Counted from the first letter of the stretch, positions 1 to 8,122 are shown. The stretch is DNA of 10,631 bases from Planctomycetota bacterium (GCA_038227875.1 JBBRPR010000119.1:1-10631), one strand, 5' to 3'. Notes: generated from the sequence alone by a model not told the origin. Numbers and translations: made by a program.

Positions 1-141
1 CAGCCAAACAGGCAACCGACAAGGCTTGCAAAACGGAATCGAAAGAATAGAAATGGCGTCCACTGTGAACGTCATAGGGTATTTTTAGGCGGCCTAATTT
101 GAAGTGGCCACGCCCGGCCTATTTTGAAGTGGCCAATGACA
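1..141 (+). mobile_element. IS21-family insertion sequence, terminal fragment (probably the right end)
   Basis: The segment ends in GTGGCCAATGACA at 141, which reads TGTCATTGGCCACTTCAAAA on the reverse strand and fits the TG...CA terminus of IS21 elements. Two tandem 20-bp subterminal repeats lie at 91-110 and 116-135, also typical of IS21 ends. A + strand frame at 3-50 (AKQATDKACKTESKE*) could be the istB tail, but it has no diagnostic motif. Confidence 0.75.
91..135 (+). repeat. Tandem 20-bp direct repeats (putative transposase-binding sites of the IS21-like end)
   Basis: GGCCTAATTTGAAGTGGCCA (91-110) and GGCCTATTTTGAAGTGGCCA (116-135) differ by 1 mismatch with a 25-bp period. A degenerate third copy may lie at about 77-94. 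Confidence 0.85.
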
Positions 142-400
142 TCCCGGCAACAGCAACATTAGGATTTTGGTGTTTTGAACACCGAATACGTGGCTGAATT
201 GATCGAAAAGTTGACGGTACATTTTGATAGCCCTCGCCATGGATGCGATAACAACCGCGACAATTTCGTATCGTCGGCGGTCTGGCGCGGCGTTCGAATA
301 TTCGAATCAATAATTATTCTCGGACGGAGTGTTTTGCGTGGGTCGATAATATCCCGAACCATAATAACTTCAGAGCTGTTATGAATGCAACATTTCGTGC

Positions 401-1864
401 TTACGCGCCGGCGGTGGATTGATACGGAAGATCGGTGTCGGTTCTCAAACTCCATTCGGTCAGTTGGAGCAGGAGTTCCTGGACGGTTCGCTGGTATTCT
501 TCGCGGCCCCAGAGGTTTTCGGTCTCGAAGGGATCGCGACGCAGGTCGTAGAGTTCATTGCCTCCGGTCAGCCGGACGACCAGTTTAAAATTCTCCGAGC
601 GGACCATTTTGGTGCGGGACATGGTGCGGGGATCGGTCTGGTAGGTTCGCTGCTTTCCGGTGACGTGGCCATCGACGGCGGTGCCGACTCGAGCGAGCAT
701 CTCGTCTTCGTGGCCGCCGTTGGCGAAGACGGCAGCTTTCGATTTCTCTCCCGCGATGATCGGCAGCAGCGATTCGCCGTGAACGTTCCAGTTCGCTTTC
801 AGGCGCAGCAGTTCAAGCAACGTGGGCGCCAGGTCGGTGTGCGCGGTCAGGCTGTCGACGCGTTTATTTTGCGGTAGTCCGGGCGCGAAGAGCACGCAGG
901 GCACGTGAAGAATGCAATCGTTCATCGCGGTGTCCCACTTTTCGACGAGGCCGTACTGTCCCGCGAAGTCGCCATGATCGGCGGCAAAGAGGATAACGGT
1001 GTCGTCGAACAATCCTTCCGCTTCCACGGCGGCGAATAACTTCCCGATCAGGTGATCGACTTTGGTAATCGACGCATAATACGTGGCTTGAATTTCACGA
1101 AAGACGGCGTCGTTATCTTCGAGCGTCGTGCGGACGGCTCGCATCACCTGCAAGGGCAACGGTGCTCCCTTTGGCAGCGCGTGAGGCCAGGACCGAATTC
1201 GCTTTCGGTCGTACATGGAAAAGTACGGCTCTTCCGCCCCATACGGCGGATGTGGGTGGGAGATGTTGAGCTGCATGAAGAACGGCCGCGAGCGATCCCG
1301 GACGTTTCGCAGGTAATGAATGGCCTGGTCGGTCCGGGCATCGTCGGAAAATCCGGTGAGCGGGGCATCAATCCGGCCGCGGTAATTGTAACCTTCGGGA
1401 AGATTCAGTGGTTCCACGCCACCGGCGGCGGGAGCCTGAACTGAATAAGAGTGGTTGGTGAACTGGCGGAAGTAGTCGTCGGTGTAAGAGTGATAGTCGA
1501 CGCAGCCGCTGGACTTTTTATTGGTCCCCCAGAAATCCGGATCGTGCCAGACGTGATTGATGCCGAAGACGGCCGTCTCGTACTGTGCGGCTTTCAGCGT
1601 CGTCAGCAAATTGGGGTGATTGCGCGGCAAGTGTTGGGTAATGGTGCGATAGCCATCGGTGTGGCTGTACCGCCCCGTGACGATGGAGATGCGTGACGGA
1701 ACACACTTGCCGTGGACAGCGAAGTGATGATCGAAGACGACTGACTTTTGCGCGAATGCATCGAGGTTCGGCGTTTTGCAGTCGGGATTGCCGCCGAAGC
1801 CGGTGCTGTCTCCGCGCAATTCGTCTGACGTGACGATGATCAAATTCTTGGGCTGGTGCCCCAT
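401..1864 (-). CDS. Formylglycine-dependent (Cys-type, S1) sulfatase-family hydrolase, 487 aa, no signal peptide
   Basis: N-terminal NLIIVTSDELRGD and TPNLD, signature CVPSRISIVTGRY (CxPxR, Cys54), HPHPPY, metal-binding ADHGD, a downstream EK, and C-terminal ELYDLRRDPFETENL. ATG start preceded by GGGGGAG; TAA stop. Confidence 0.95.
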   Translation of the reverse strand: MGHQPKNLIIVTSDELRGDSTGFGGNPDCKTPNLDAFAQKSVVFDHHFAVHGKCVPSRISIVTGRYSHTDGYRTITQHLPRNHPNLLTTLKAAQYETAVFGINHVWHDPDFWGTNKKSSGCVDYHSYTDDYFRQFTNHSYSVQAPAAGGVEPLNLPEGYNYRGRIDAPLTGFSDDARTDQAIHYLRNVRDRSRPFFMQLNISHPHPPYGAEEPYFSMYDRKRIRSWPHALPKGAPLPLQVMRAVRTTLEDNDAVFREIQATYYASITKVDHLIGKLFAAVEAEGLFDDTVILFAADHGDFAGQYGLVEKWDTAMNDCILHVPCVLFAPGLPQNKRVDSLTAHTDLAPTLLELLRLKANWNVHGESLLPIIAGEKSKAAVFANGGHEDEMLARVGTAVDGHVTGKQRTYQTDPRTMSRTKMVRSENFKLVVRLTGGNELYDLRRDPFETENLWGREEYQRTVQELLLQLTEWSLRTDTDLPYQSTAGA

Positions 1865-2074
1865 GGCTCCCCCGCAGCGTTTAGTTCACGTCAGTACATC
1901 ACTTTTAGGCCCAATATACAATTGTGGCGATGGCAAAAAGGATGCTTCTTTTGAGCGCCTCCTACGGCCCGATCTGCGGCTACAATATAACCATAAATAG
2001 TTTAATTGATTTGCTTTACAAATTTAGAAATGGCGAAACAGCACGCTTCAAGCGACATTTTTCAGAGATTTTAA

Positions 2075-2107
2075 TCGACACACCATTGGCCCGGTGTATG
2101 GTACACC
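2075..2107 (+). promoter_or_regulatory. Putative sigma70-like promoter of the regulator gene, overlapped by an inverted-repeat operator
   Basis: TCGACA (2075-2080), a 16-bp spacer, then TATGGT (2097-2102). The inverted repeat GGTGTA-tgg-TACACC (2093-2107) covers the -10 box and fits the generic GntR GT...AC operator pattern. An extra ACACC half-site lies at 2080-2084. Confidence 0.5.
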
Positions 2108-2142
2108 AGTGACACAGAGAATGATTCACGGAGAACTTAAGA

Positions 2143-3204
2143 GTGCCTGCGATCGGCCGCACTTCTAATAAACTCAGCTCCCAGATCCGCGATCAGATCC
2201 GGAATGGGGAGATGGAAGAGAGCGGCTATCTGCCGCCCGTGCGCGAACTGAGCCGAGCACACGGGCTGGCGATGCGGACCGTGCAGCGTGCGCTCGGCGC
2301 GCTGGAACGCGAAGGATTGATCGTTTCCGAACCGCGCCGCGGATACCGCGTGCTGGCGCGCTCGCACGATCCCAATCGCGGCATGCCGCTGGCGTTTCTG
2401 CTTTCCACGCCCGTTGAGCCGGACAGCTGGGTCGCGTTTGAAGCGATGCTGGCGCATTCGTTTCAAAAAGCGGCGATGGGACATGGCTGGTCAATGCTGG
2501 CGGTGAGCACCTCCGGACGCAGCGTGGCCGACGTCATTGATCAGCTGCGCGTCGCGCGCGCGTGCGGCGCGATTCTGGATACGCTCGATCCTGAATTGAT
2601 CCGCGCGGCCGAACACCTGGGCTTGCCGATGGTCATGGCGGACGCGTGGGTGGAGCAGACGCCGGTTGACGCAGTGCTTCAGGACAACTACCGCGGCGGA
2701 TTCATCGCCGCGGAACATCTGTACCAGAAGGGCCATCGCGACATCACCTGGTTCGGACCGCTGAACACGACGCCTCACGGACGCGAACGTTTCGGCGGCG
2801 CCGCGGCGATGCTCGCCGCGGCCGGGCTTGGCTTCACCAACGAACGCGTGGTCGATGCCGCTCGGACGACGCTGGATCAGGACGCGCTTGCACTGCTGTC
2901 ACGACCGTCGCGGCCGCGCGCGATCCTGACGTTGTTCCGCGACGCGGCGTTGGCGATCGTCAAAGCGGCGCGAACGCGCGGGCTGGTTCTCGGCCGCGAT
3001 CTGGATCTCATCGGTTGGTGCGCCGACGAACTTTACAACGACACCTACAGAGCATTCATGACGGAAGGCTATGTGCCGCCCGCGATCTGCTGGCGCATGT
3101 CTGAAATGGCGGAGACGGCGTTGCGCCGCGTCGTCGAACGCCGCACGGCGACCAACCTGCCGGCACTGCGCATCCATGTTCCGGTGCGTCTCGTAGTCGG
3201 GTAA
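2143..3204 (+). CDS. GntR-family transcriptional regulator with a C-terminal LacI/periplasmic-binding-protein-like sensor domain (AraR-type architecture)
   Basis: The N-terminal winged HTH reads IRDQIRNGE...LPPVRELSRAHGLAMRTVQRALGALEREGLIVSEPRRGYRV. The C-terminal part has the LacI-type motifs GLPMVMAD, VLQDNYRGGFIAAEHLYQKGHRDI, RERFGG and GRDLDLIG. GTG start with GGAG at 2130-2133. Confidence 0.93.
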   Translation: MPAIGRTSNKLSSQIRDQIRNGEMEESGYLPPVRELSRAHGLAMRTVQRALGALEREGLIVSEPRRGYRVLARSHDPNRGMPLAFLLSTPVEPDSWVAFEAMLAHSFQKAAMGHGWSMLAVSTSGRSVADVIDQLRVARACGAILDTLDPELIRAAEHLGLPMVMADAWVEQTPVDAVLQDNYRGGFIAAEHLYQKGHRDITWFGPLNTTPHGRERFGGAAAMLAAAGLGFTNERVVDAARTTLDQDALALLSRPSRPRAILTLFRDAALAIVKAARTRGLVLGRDLDLIGWCADELYNDTYRAFMTEGYVPPAICWRMSEMAETALRRVVERRTATNLPALRIHVPVRLVVG

Positions 3205-3219
3205 ACCCAAAAGGAATCA

Positions 3220-5862
3220 GTGAACATGCGTCAATCTTTCCTTCCCCTGCTGGTCTGCATTGTGGCGGTGAGCGCCCTTCTTCCGGCGCTTGCCGTAGGT
3301 GCGGACGTCAAGTTCGCGACGCCGCCCACGGTGGCCAAGTCCAGCGATGGCGCCACGATCTCGTTTGCGGTCTCCGAAAAGACCGACGTGGAAGTCGCGG
3401 TGCTCGCCAGTAACGGCGACGTCGTACGGCACCTCGCGGCCGGCGTACTGGGCGGAGAGAAGCCGCCGCCGGCGCCGCTCAAGGCCGGGCTTTCCCAGTC
3501 GCTGACGTGGGACGGCAAGGACGACTTCGGCAAGCCGGCGAAGAATGGCCCCTTCAAAATTCGCGCACGCGCCGGAACGCAATTCAAGTTCGGTCGCTTC
3601 ATCGGCGAAGATCCTTACACCTTCGGCGCGGTGGACGGCCTTTCTTCCGATGAAGATGGCAACCTGTACATCAGCTCGTATGCAGGAACGCACAACCAGG
3701 GTGAGCGTACGTTGCGCGTGTACGACGGGCAGGGACGATACCTGCGCGAACTCATGCCGTTTCCGGCGAGCATGAAGCCCGATTCGATGAAGAACGTGGC
3801 GCGCTGGGATGCCGGCGCTAAAGTCTGGCGCCCGACGAACTACTCGTGTCTGAACCCGGATTTCTACGCCAGCCCCGGTGTGTCGCTGGTTTCGGCTTCA
3901 CTCTCCAACGGCGTGTATTTTTCCGACCGGGAGGACGTCTATGCCATCAACGCCGACGGCAGCGTCAAGGGCGCGGCCTTTGGTACAAAACAGCGGCCCT
4001 GGCCGATCTTCGATGCCAAGAATCAGGAGAACGATCACTACGGGCATCCCTGGCACTATCACGAAGGCGTGGAGTGCTTCGCCGCATCGCCGGACGGCAA
4101 GTGGCTGTACCTGACCGGCCCCGTTCCCAATGCCGAAAATCGAAAGAAGAAGGAGGATCCGCGCTTCCCGCTCGGCGGTGTTTATCGCATGCGCCTCGAT
4201 GGCAAGGACGACATGAAATTATTCGTGACGCTGCCGGCGACCTACGACGGCAATTGGGCCAAGGACGGCGGCAAGAATTACGGCAGGTCCGGCCCGATTC
4301 ATTTCGTCGGCTGCGATTCCAAAAACAATGTCTACGTTCCGGACCGCCAGACCAACCGGGTCGTGGTCTACTCCGAAGATGGAAAGCAGCTGGGGGAAGT
4401 TCCCTGCAAGAACCCGCATCAAATCGTGGCGCATCCCAAGACCGGGGCGTTCTACGTGCTGCGAATGGTCTGCAACGGCTGGAACACCCATGCGATCGCG
4501 ATCGAAAAGTTTGACGGCTTTGCATCCGGCGCCAAATCCGTGGCGGTCTACGACAAATTTCCGAACAAGGTTTCTCCGCGCATCGCCGTGACCACCAGCG
4601 GCGGCAAGACGATGATCTGGATCGCCGGCCTGCCCGAAGGCCTCGTCGCGCTGGAAGACAAAGGCTCGTCGCTGGTCCTGGCCGAAACGGCGTTCAAGCG
4701 CCGGCCTGAATCGCAGGTGGATTGGAACCGCCTCTCCGTCGACTACGCACGCGATGAGCTCTATGTGGCCGACGGCGGAAACCTGATCTGGCGCTACGAC
4801 GGCAAAACCGGCGATGGCGGCATGCTCAAACGCAAAAACGGTCAGCCGCTGGCCGGCGTGGATTTGTCGATTGGCTACGACGGTCTCCTCTACATCCGCA
4901 CCGGAGAAAGTTTCAGCGGCCCGCTGGAACGCTTCACAAAAGATCTGGAGCCTGCGCCATATCCCAGCGGCACAAACGTGATCAGCCCTCAGATTTACAG
5001 CCGCTTTGGCATTGGCAATTGCGAAAAGGGGTTGGGCTGCGGACCCAACGGCGAGGTCTACATCTCGTTCATGTACGATTGGACGCTCTACGCGGTCGGC
5101 GGATTCGGTGGCGACGGCAAGGCGCTGAAGGGCCAGTACCTGGAAGGCAAGTTCCCCGCCAAGGGCGACAATCTGAAAGGCTATCCGCCCGAACTCCGCA
5201 CGTCTTCGGTGGGTCCGATCACCAGTGCCGGCGGCGGCGTCCGTGTGGACCTGCAGGGCAACATTTACCTTGGCCTGGACGTGAAGCCCGCGGGATTTGC
5301 GATGCCGGCGTTCCTGGCCGGAGACGAAGTCGGCAAGCGCTGGTATTCGAGCGTGGTGAAGTTTGGTTCGGCCGGCGGCGCGATTCTGGGCATCAAGGAC
5401 AGCGAATCGAAAATGACTTCCGCGCCGAAGATCGAGCTGGAAGGCAAGCTCACGGCGGAGAACGGGCTGAACATCTATCCGGGCCTGGGACCGATCAGCG
5501 GGCCTGGTCCGGGCGGCAATTCGTCGTGTTGCGTCTGCCGCGTGCCGCGCTTCGACGTCGACCGCTACGGCCGTTTGGTGATGCCCAGCGCCTTCGCCGC
5601 CAACGTGCTGCTGTATGACAATGCGGGCAACAAGATCGCGGAAATCGGCAGCTTCGGCAATTTCGACTCGCAGTACATCAACGTCAACAACGAAGCGGGC
5701 AAGCAGAAGAAAGCAGCGATCACGCAGCCGGAAATTCCCCTCGCCTGGCCCAGCGGCGTGGGTTTCAGCGAGAATCATCTCTACCTGAACGATACCTACA
5801 ATCGCCGCGTGGTACGGGTCGACAAAGCGTTTTCGGCCGAAACAGTGAGTGATGTGAAATAG
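3220..5862 (+). CDS. Secreted protein with an N-terminal FlgD-like Ig domain and NHL/SMP-30-like beta-propeller repeats; function unknown
   Basis: 880-aa ORF with GC-rich third codon positions. Sec-type signal peptide (MRQSFLPLLVCIVAVSALLPALAVGA). FlgD-Ig-like motif ISFAVSEKTDVEVAV...VVRHL...LTWDGKDDFGKP. Propeller blade motifs include SDEDGNLYIS, SPDGKWLYL, DSKNNVYVPDRQTNRVVVY, VDLQGNIYL and HLYLNDTYNRRVVRV. The start is GTG 3220 or ATG 3226, with AAGGA at 3211-3215. Confidence 0.85.
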   Translation: MNMRQSFLPLLVCIVAVSALLPALAVGADVKFATPPTVAKSSDGATISFAVSEKTDVEVAVLASNGDVVRHLAAGVLGGEKPPPAPLKAGLSQSLTWDGKDDFGKPAKNGPFKIRARAGTQFKFGRFIGEDPYTFGAVDGLSSDEDGNLYISSYAGTHNQGERTLRVYDGQGRYLRELMPFPASMKPDSMKNVARWDAGAKVWRPTNYSCLNPDFYASPGVSLVSASLSNGVYFSDREDVYAINADGSVKGAAFGTKQRPWPIFDAKNQENDHYGHPWHYHEGVECFAASPDGKWLYLTGPVPNAENRKKKEDPRFPLGGVYRMRLDGKDDMKLFVTLPATYDGNWAKDGGKNYGRSGPIHFVGCDSKNNVYVPDRQTNRVVVYSEDGKQLGEVPCKNPHQIVAHPKTGAFYVLRMVCNGWNTHAIAIEKFDGFASGAKSVAVYDKFPNKVSPRIAVTTSGGKTMIWIAGLPEGLVALEDKGSSLVLAETAFKRRPESQVDWNRLSVDYARDELYVADGGNLIWRYDGKTGDGGMLKRKNGQPLAGVDLSIGYDGLLYIRTGESFSGPLERFTKDLEPAPYPSGTNVISPQIYSRFGIGNCEKGLGCGPNGEVYISFMYDWTLYAVGGFGGDGKALKGQYLEGKFPAKGDNLKGYPPELRTSSVGPITSAGGGVRVDLQGNIYLGLDVKPAGFAMPAFLAGDEVGKRWYSSVVKFGSAGGAILGIKDSESKMTSAPKIELEGKLTAENGLNIYPGLGPISGPGPGGNSSCCVCRVPRFDVDRYGRLVMPSAFAANVLLYDNAGNKIAEIGSFGNFDSQYINVNNEAGKQKKAAITQPEIPLAWPSGVGFSENHLYLNDTYNRRVVRVDKAFSAETVSDVK

Positions 5863-5893
5863 TGACTTTTAAGGCCCAGCCATTACAATCAAA

Positions 5894-5922
5894 CGCCCTG
5901 TCGCGCCGAACGCGGCAGGGCG
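5894..5922 (+). terminator. GC-rich stem-loop (possible terminator or mRNA-stabilising/attenuating hairpin)
   Basis: CGCCCTGTCGCG-ccgaa-CGCGGCAGGGCG forms a 12-bp stem with one G-U pair and a 5-nt loop, 31 nt after the upstream stop. The downstream tract AATTCATT is only weakly U-rich. Confidence 0.5.
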
Positions 5923-5968
5923 AATTCATTGGGTGCTGACGCGGGACGGCCAGCGGAATACATTCGGA

Positions 5969-8122
5969 ATGAACTTTTACTTCTGCGAAACCTGCGGCAA
6001 GCGCGTCACCGAAAAAGACATTGCTGACGGCCGAGCCAAGAACAAGCAGCTCAAAGGCGTCTATTGCGTTTCCTGCGCCGTCGGTGTGATGACGATGGAG
6101 ATGGACGCGATCTCCGACACCGACATCCGCAAAAGTATTCGTCGCTCCAGCGGCAACAACGCGATTCCCCAGGCGCGAAGCACGCCAGCCGAACTGCGCA
6201 TCCCGGGCAAGCCCAGTACTTCTAGCAACCCCACCCTTTCCGCGCAGCGTCGCGGAGAAGCCCGGTCCACCAAACCCGCGATTGAAACCAGCGCGCGAGC
6301 ACAGACCAAATCGTTCGCCGCAGCGCTGGGTGGCGTCAGCGCTGTAACCGTACTGGTAGCGCTCGTGCTGTTATTGGGCTCCAAGCCGCACGAAACGGCC
6401 GGAAAGAATTCGCCGCCAGCTCCGCAGGTGATAATTGAGAAAGCCCCACTTCCAACACCCGCGGTCGTGGAGCCTCGCGTGGTCGAATCACCTGCTCCCG
6501 CGCATACTCCGGCCATTCCAGAGACGCCATCGAAAGCGAAAGTTGATACGGAAAACGAGGTGGCGCAAGTCACCCCAACGCCCGCTCCGGAAATTCCGGC
6601 TGCGCCCGTTGCTCCTCCCCCTGCCTTGCCTCCCCCGGAAGCTTCGCGGACCACGAACACGAATGATGTTCCCGCAACTGTTCCGGTGGCGACATCCCCG
6701 TCCGCACCCTCTGCGACACCCGCTACGACCGCCGCCACCGCCACCGCGCCCGGACCTGATCAGGCCTCCGGACTGCAAAAGATTCTGAAGCAGTCGTTGA
6801 GTCTGCTGGGACAAGCGGACGTCTCTGCAGCCCAGCGCTTCGTCGCGCAGGATACCGAAGCATCCGAAGATGCGCGGGCCGCGCTCACGTTGGCGCTGGC
6901 GACCATTCGAAAACGAGAGACGGCCTGGCGCGAGGCGCTGGGCAAGCGAGTCGGTCAGAACCTGCATCTGGAGACCAAATCCGGCGTGATCGATGGCGCC
7001 CTACAGGCCGCCGACAGCGAAGGACTCAAGATCGACAAACCACTTATCCTGGACGGAGCGGTCAAGGGATCGGCTACGGTATTTGTCGCGTTTGCGGACA
7101 TTCAGCGCAATGCTCACGATGGCGTCCCGCCCACCACGGTCGAGGAGTGGCTCGCTCAGTCGCTGCAGTGCGCGGCGAAATCCGACTTCGATGCGGCCGA
7201 TGCGGCGCTCACACACTGCGACGGCCAGTTGCTTCAGGCGCCGTTAAAAGGCCTGTACGCCGACACTCGAACCTCGGCGCGCGAAGTAAAAGCCGAGGCA
7301 GCGTGGAAGGATCTTGCGACACGCATGGCCGGAAAGATATCGCAGTCTCAAGCCAAGGCACTGCTGCTGGCACTCAGCAAATTCGAAACGGACTTCGCCG
7401 AGACCGCGTTCATCAAGAATCCGGACACCTTGCAGAAACTCAGTGACGCCAAGGAAGACATGAACCGCGCACAGCTGGGCCTGGATCCGCGTATCGCGCA
7501 GTTGTTCAAAGGGAAAATCACGGCCTACGAACCGCGGACGCAACGCATCACGGTCGTCTGGGATCTCTCGGTCGCAGTGAAAGACGACTTCGAAGGCTCC
7601 GAGAGCAACAACAAAGTCATCTTCAATTGGCTCCCCAAGGGTTTGTTCCTCTACAATTGCTATTCACGGGACGCGCTGATGCAGATCCCACAATTCATGG
7701 GTGAGGGGGCCTCGATTAAATTCGACTACAAGAATCTGACGATGATCACCGGCGGTTCGCTCGGCTTTGCGTTTTACGGAAATCAGAGCAAAGCGACGAG
7801 TCCGCAGATCATGGCGCTGGTCGGCAAGGCAAGCGGGATCTGGGACATGAAAGCAGACGGCTTTACGACGCAGGTTAATCTCGCCGCGGATGCCATTCCG
7901 AAGGACGGAACGCTGGAAGCGTCGCTCAGCGGAAAACACATCACCACCAAATGCAACGGGAAGGTACTGTTTGAAGGTGAGGCTCAAAAGGCCAACGACC
8001 ATGCCGGTCTGGGGATCGGTGGCGGACACGAAACCACCCTGACGATGACGCGATTGGAAGTCAGCGCCCGGTTGGATCCGGCGTGGCTTGCGAAAAAACT
8101 GGACGCACTGAGCAAGCATTGA
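5969..8122 (+). CDS. Hypothetical single-pass membrane protein: N-terminal 4-Cys zinc-binding module, TM helix, Pro/Ala/Thr-rich linker, helical region and beta-rich C-terminal domain
   Basis: I prefer ATG 5969 (MNFYFCETCGKRV) to the GTG at 5933 because the Cys module then starts at the N-terminus. CETC-x23-CVSC lies at 5984-6076, the hydrophobic segment FAAALGGVSAVTVLVALVLLLG at 6314-6379, and the Pro-rich linker at about 6410-6760. TGA stop. Confidence 0.85.
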   Translation: MNFYFCETCGKRVTEKDIADGRAKNKQLKGVYCVSCAVGVMTMEMDAISDTDIRKSIRRSSGNNAIPQARSTPAELRIPGKPSTSSNPTLSAQRRGEARSTKPAIETSARAQTKSFAAALGGVSAVTVLVALVLLLGSKPHETAGKNSPPAPQVIIEKAPLPTPAVVEPRVVESPAPAHTPAIPETPSKAKVDTENEVAQVTPTPAPEIPAAPVAPPPALPPPEASRTTNTNDVPATVPVATSPSAPSATPATTAATATAPGPDQASGLQKILKQSLSLLGQADVSAAQRFVAQDTEASEDARAALTLALATIRKRETAWREALGKRVGQNLHLETKSGVIDGALQAADSEGLKIDKPLILDGAVKGSATVFVAFADIQRNAHDGVPPTTVEEWLAQSLQCAAKSDFDAADAALTHCDGQLLQAPLKGLYADTRTSAREVKAEAAWKDLATRMAGKISQSQAKALLLALSKFETDFAETAFIKNPDTLQKLSDAKEDMNRAQLGLDPRIAQLFKGKITAYEPRTQRITVVWDLSVAVKDDFEGSESNNKVIFNWLPKGLFLYNCYSRDALMQIPQFMGEGASIKFDYKNLTMITGGSLGFAFYGNQSKATSPQIMALVGKASGIWDMKADGFTTQVNLAADAIPKDGTLEASLSGKHITTKCNGKVLFEGEAQKANDHAGLGIGGGHETTLTMTRLEVSARLDPAWLAKKLDALSKH

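Noticed and set aside
91..135. Direct repeats as a mini-CRISPR array or iterons
   Set aside because: There are only two clear 20-bp copies with a 5-bp gap, no cas or rep gene, and they abut a TGACA terminus. An IS21 end explains them better.
119..588. Short ORFs 119..310, 159..455, 175..384 and 385..588
   Set aside because: They overlap each other, lack motifs, and cross the IS end or the sulfatase 3' end.
1776..2112. Short ORFs in the divergent intergenic region (1776..2000, 1924..2112)
   Set aside because: They have no recognisable protein features, and the region is better explained as promoter/operator DNA.
4219..5778. 519-aa antisense ORF
   Set aside because: It is a codon-register shadow of the well-supported 3220-5862 gene, expected in high-GC coding DNA, and has no recognisable motifs.
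6061..6967. Gly/Ala/Arg-rich minus-strand ORFs of 227 and 159 aa
   Set aside because: They are simply the reverse complement of the Pro/Ala/Thr-rich linker.
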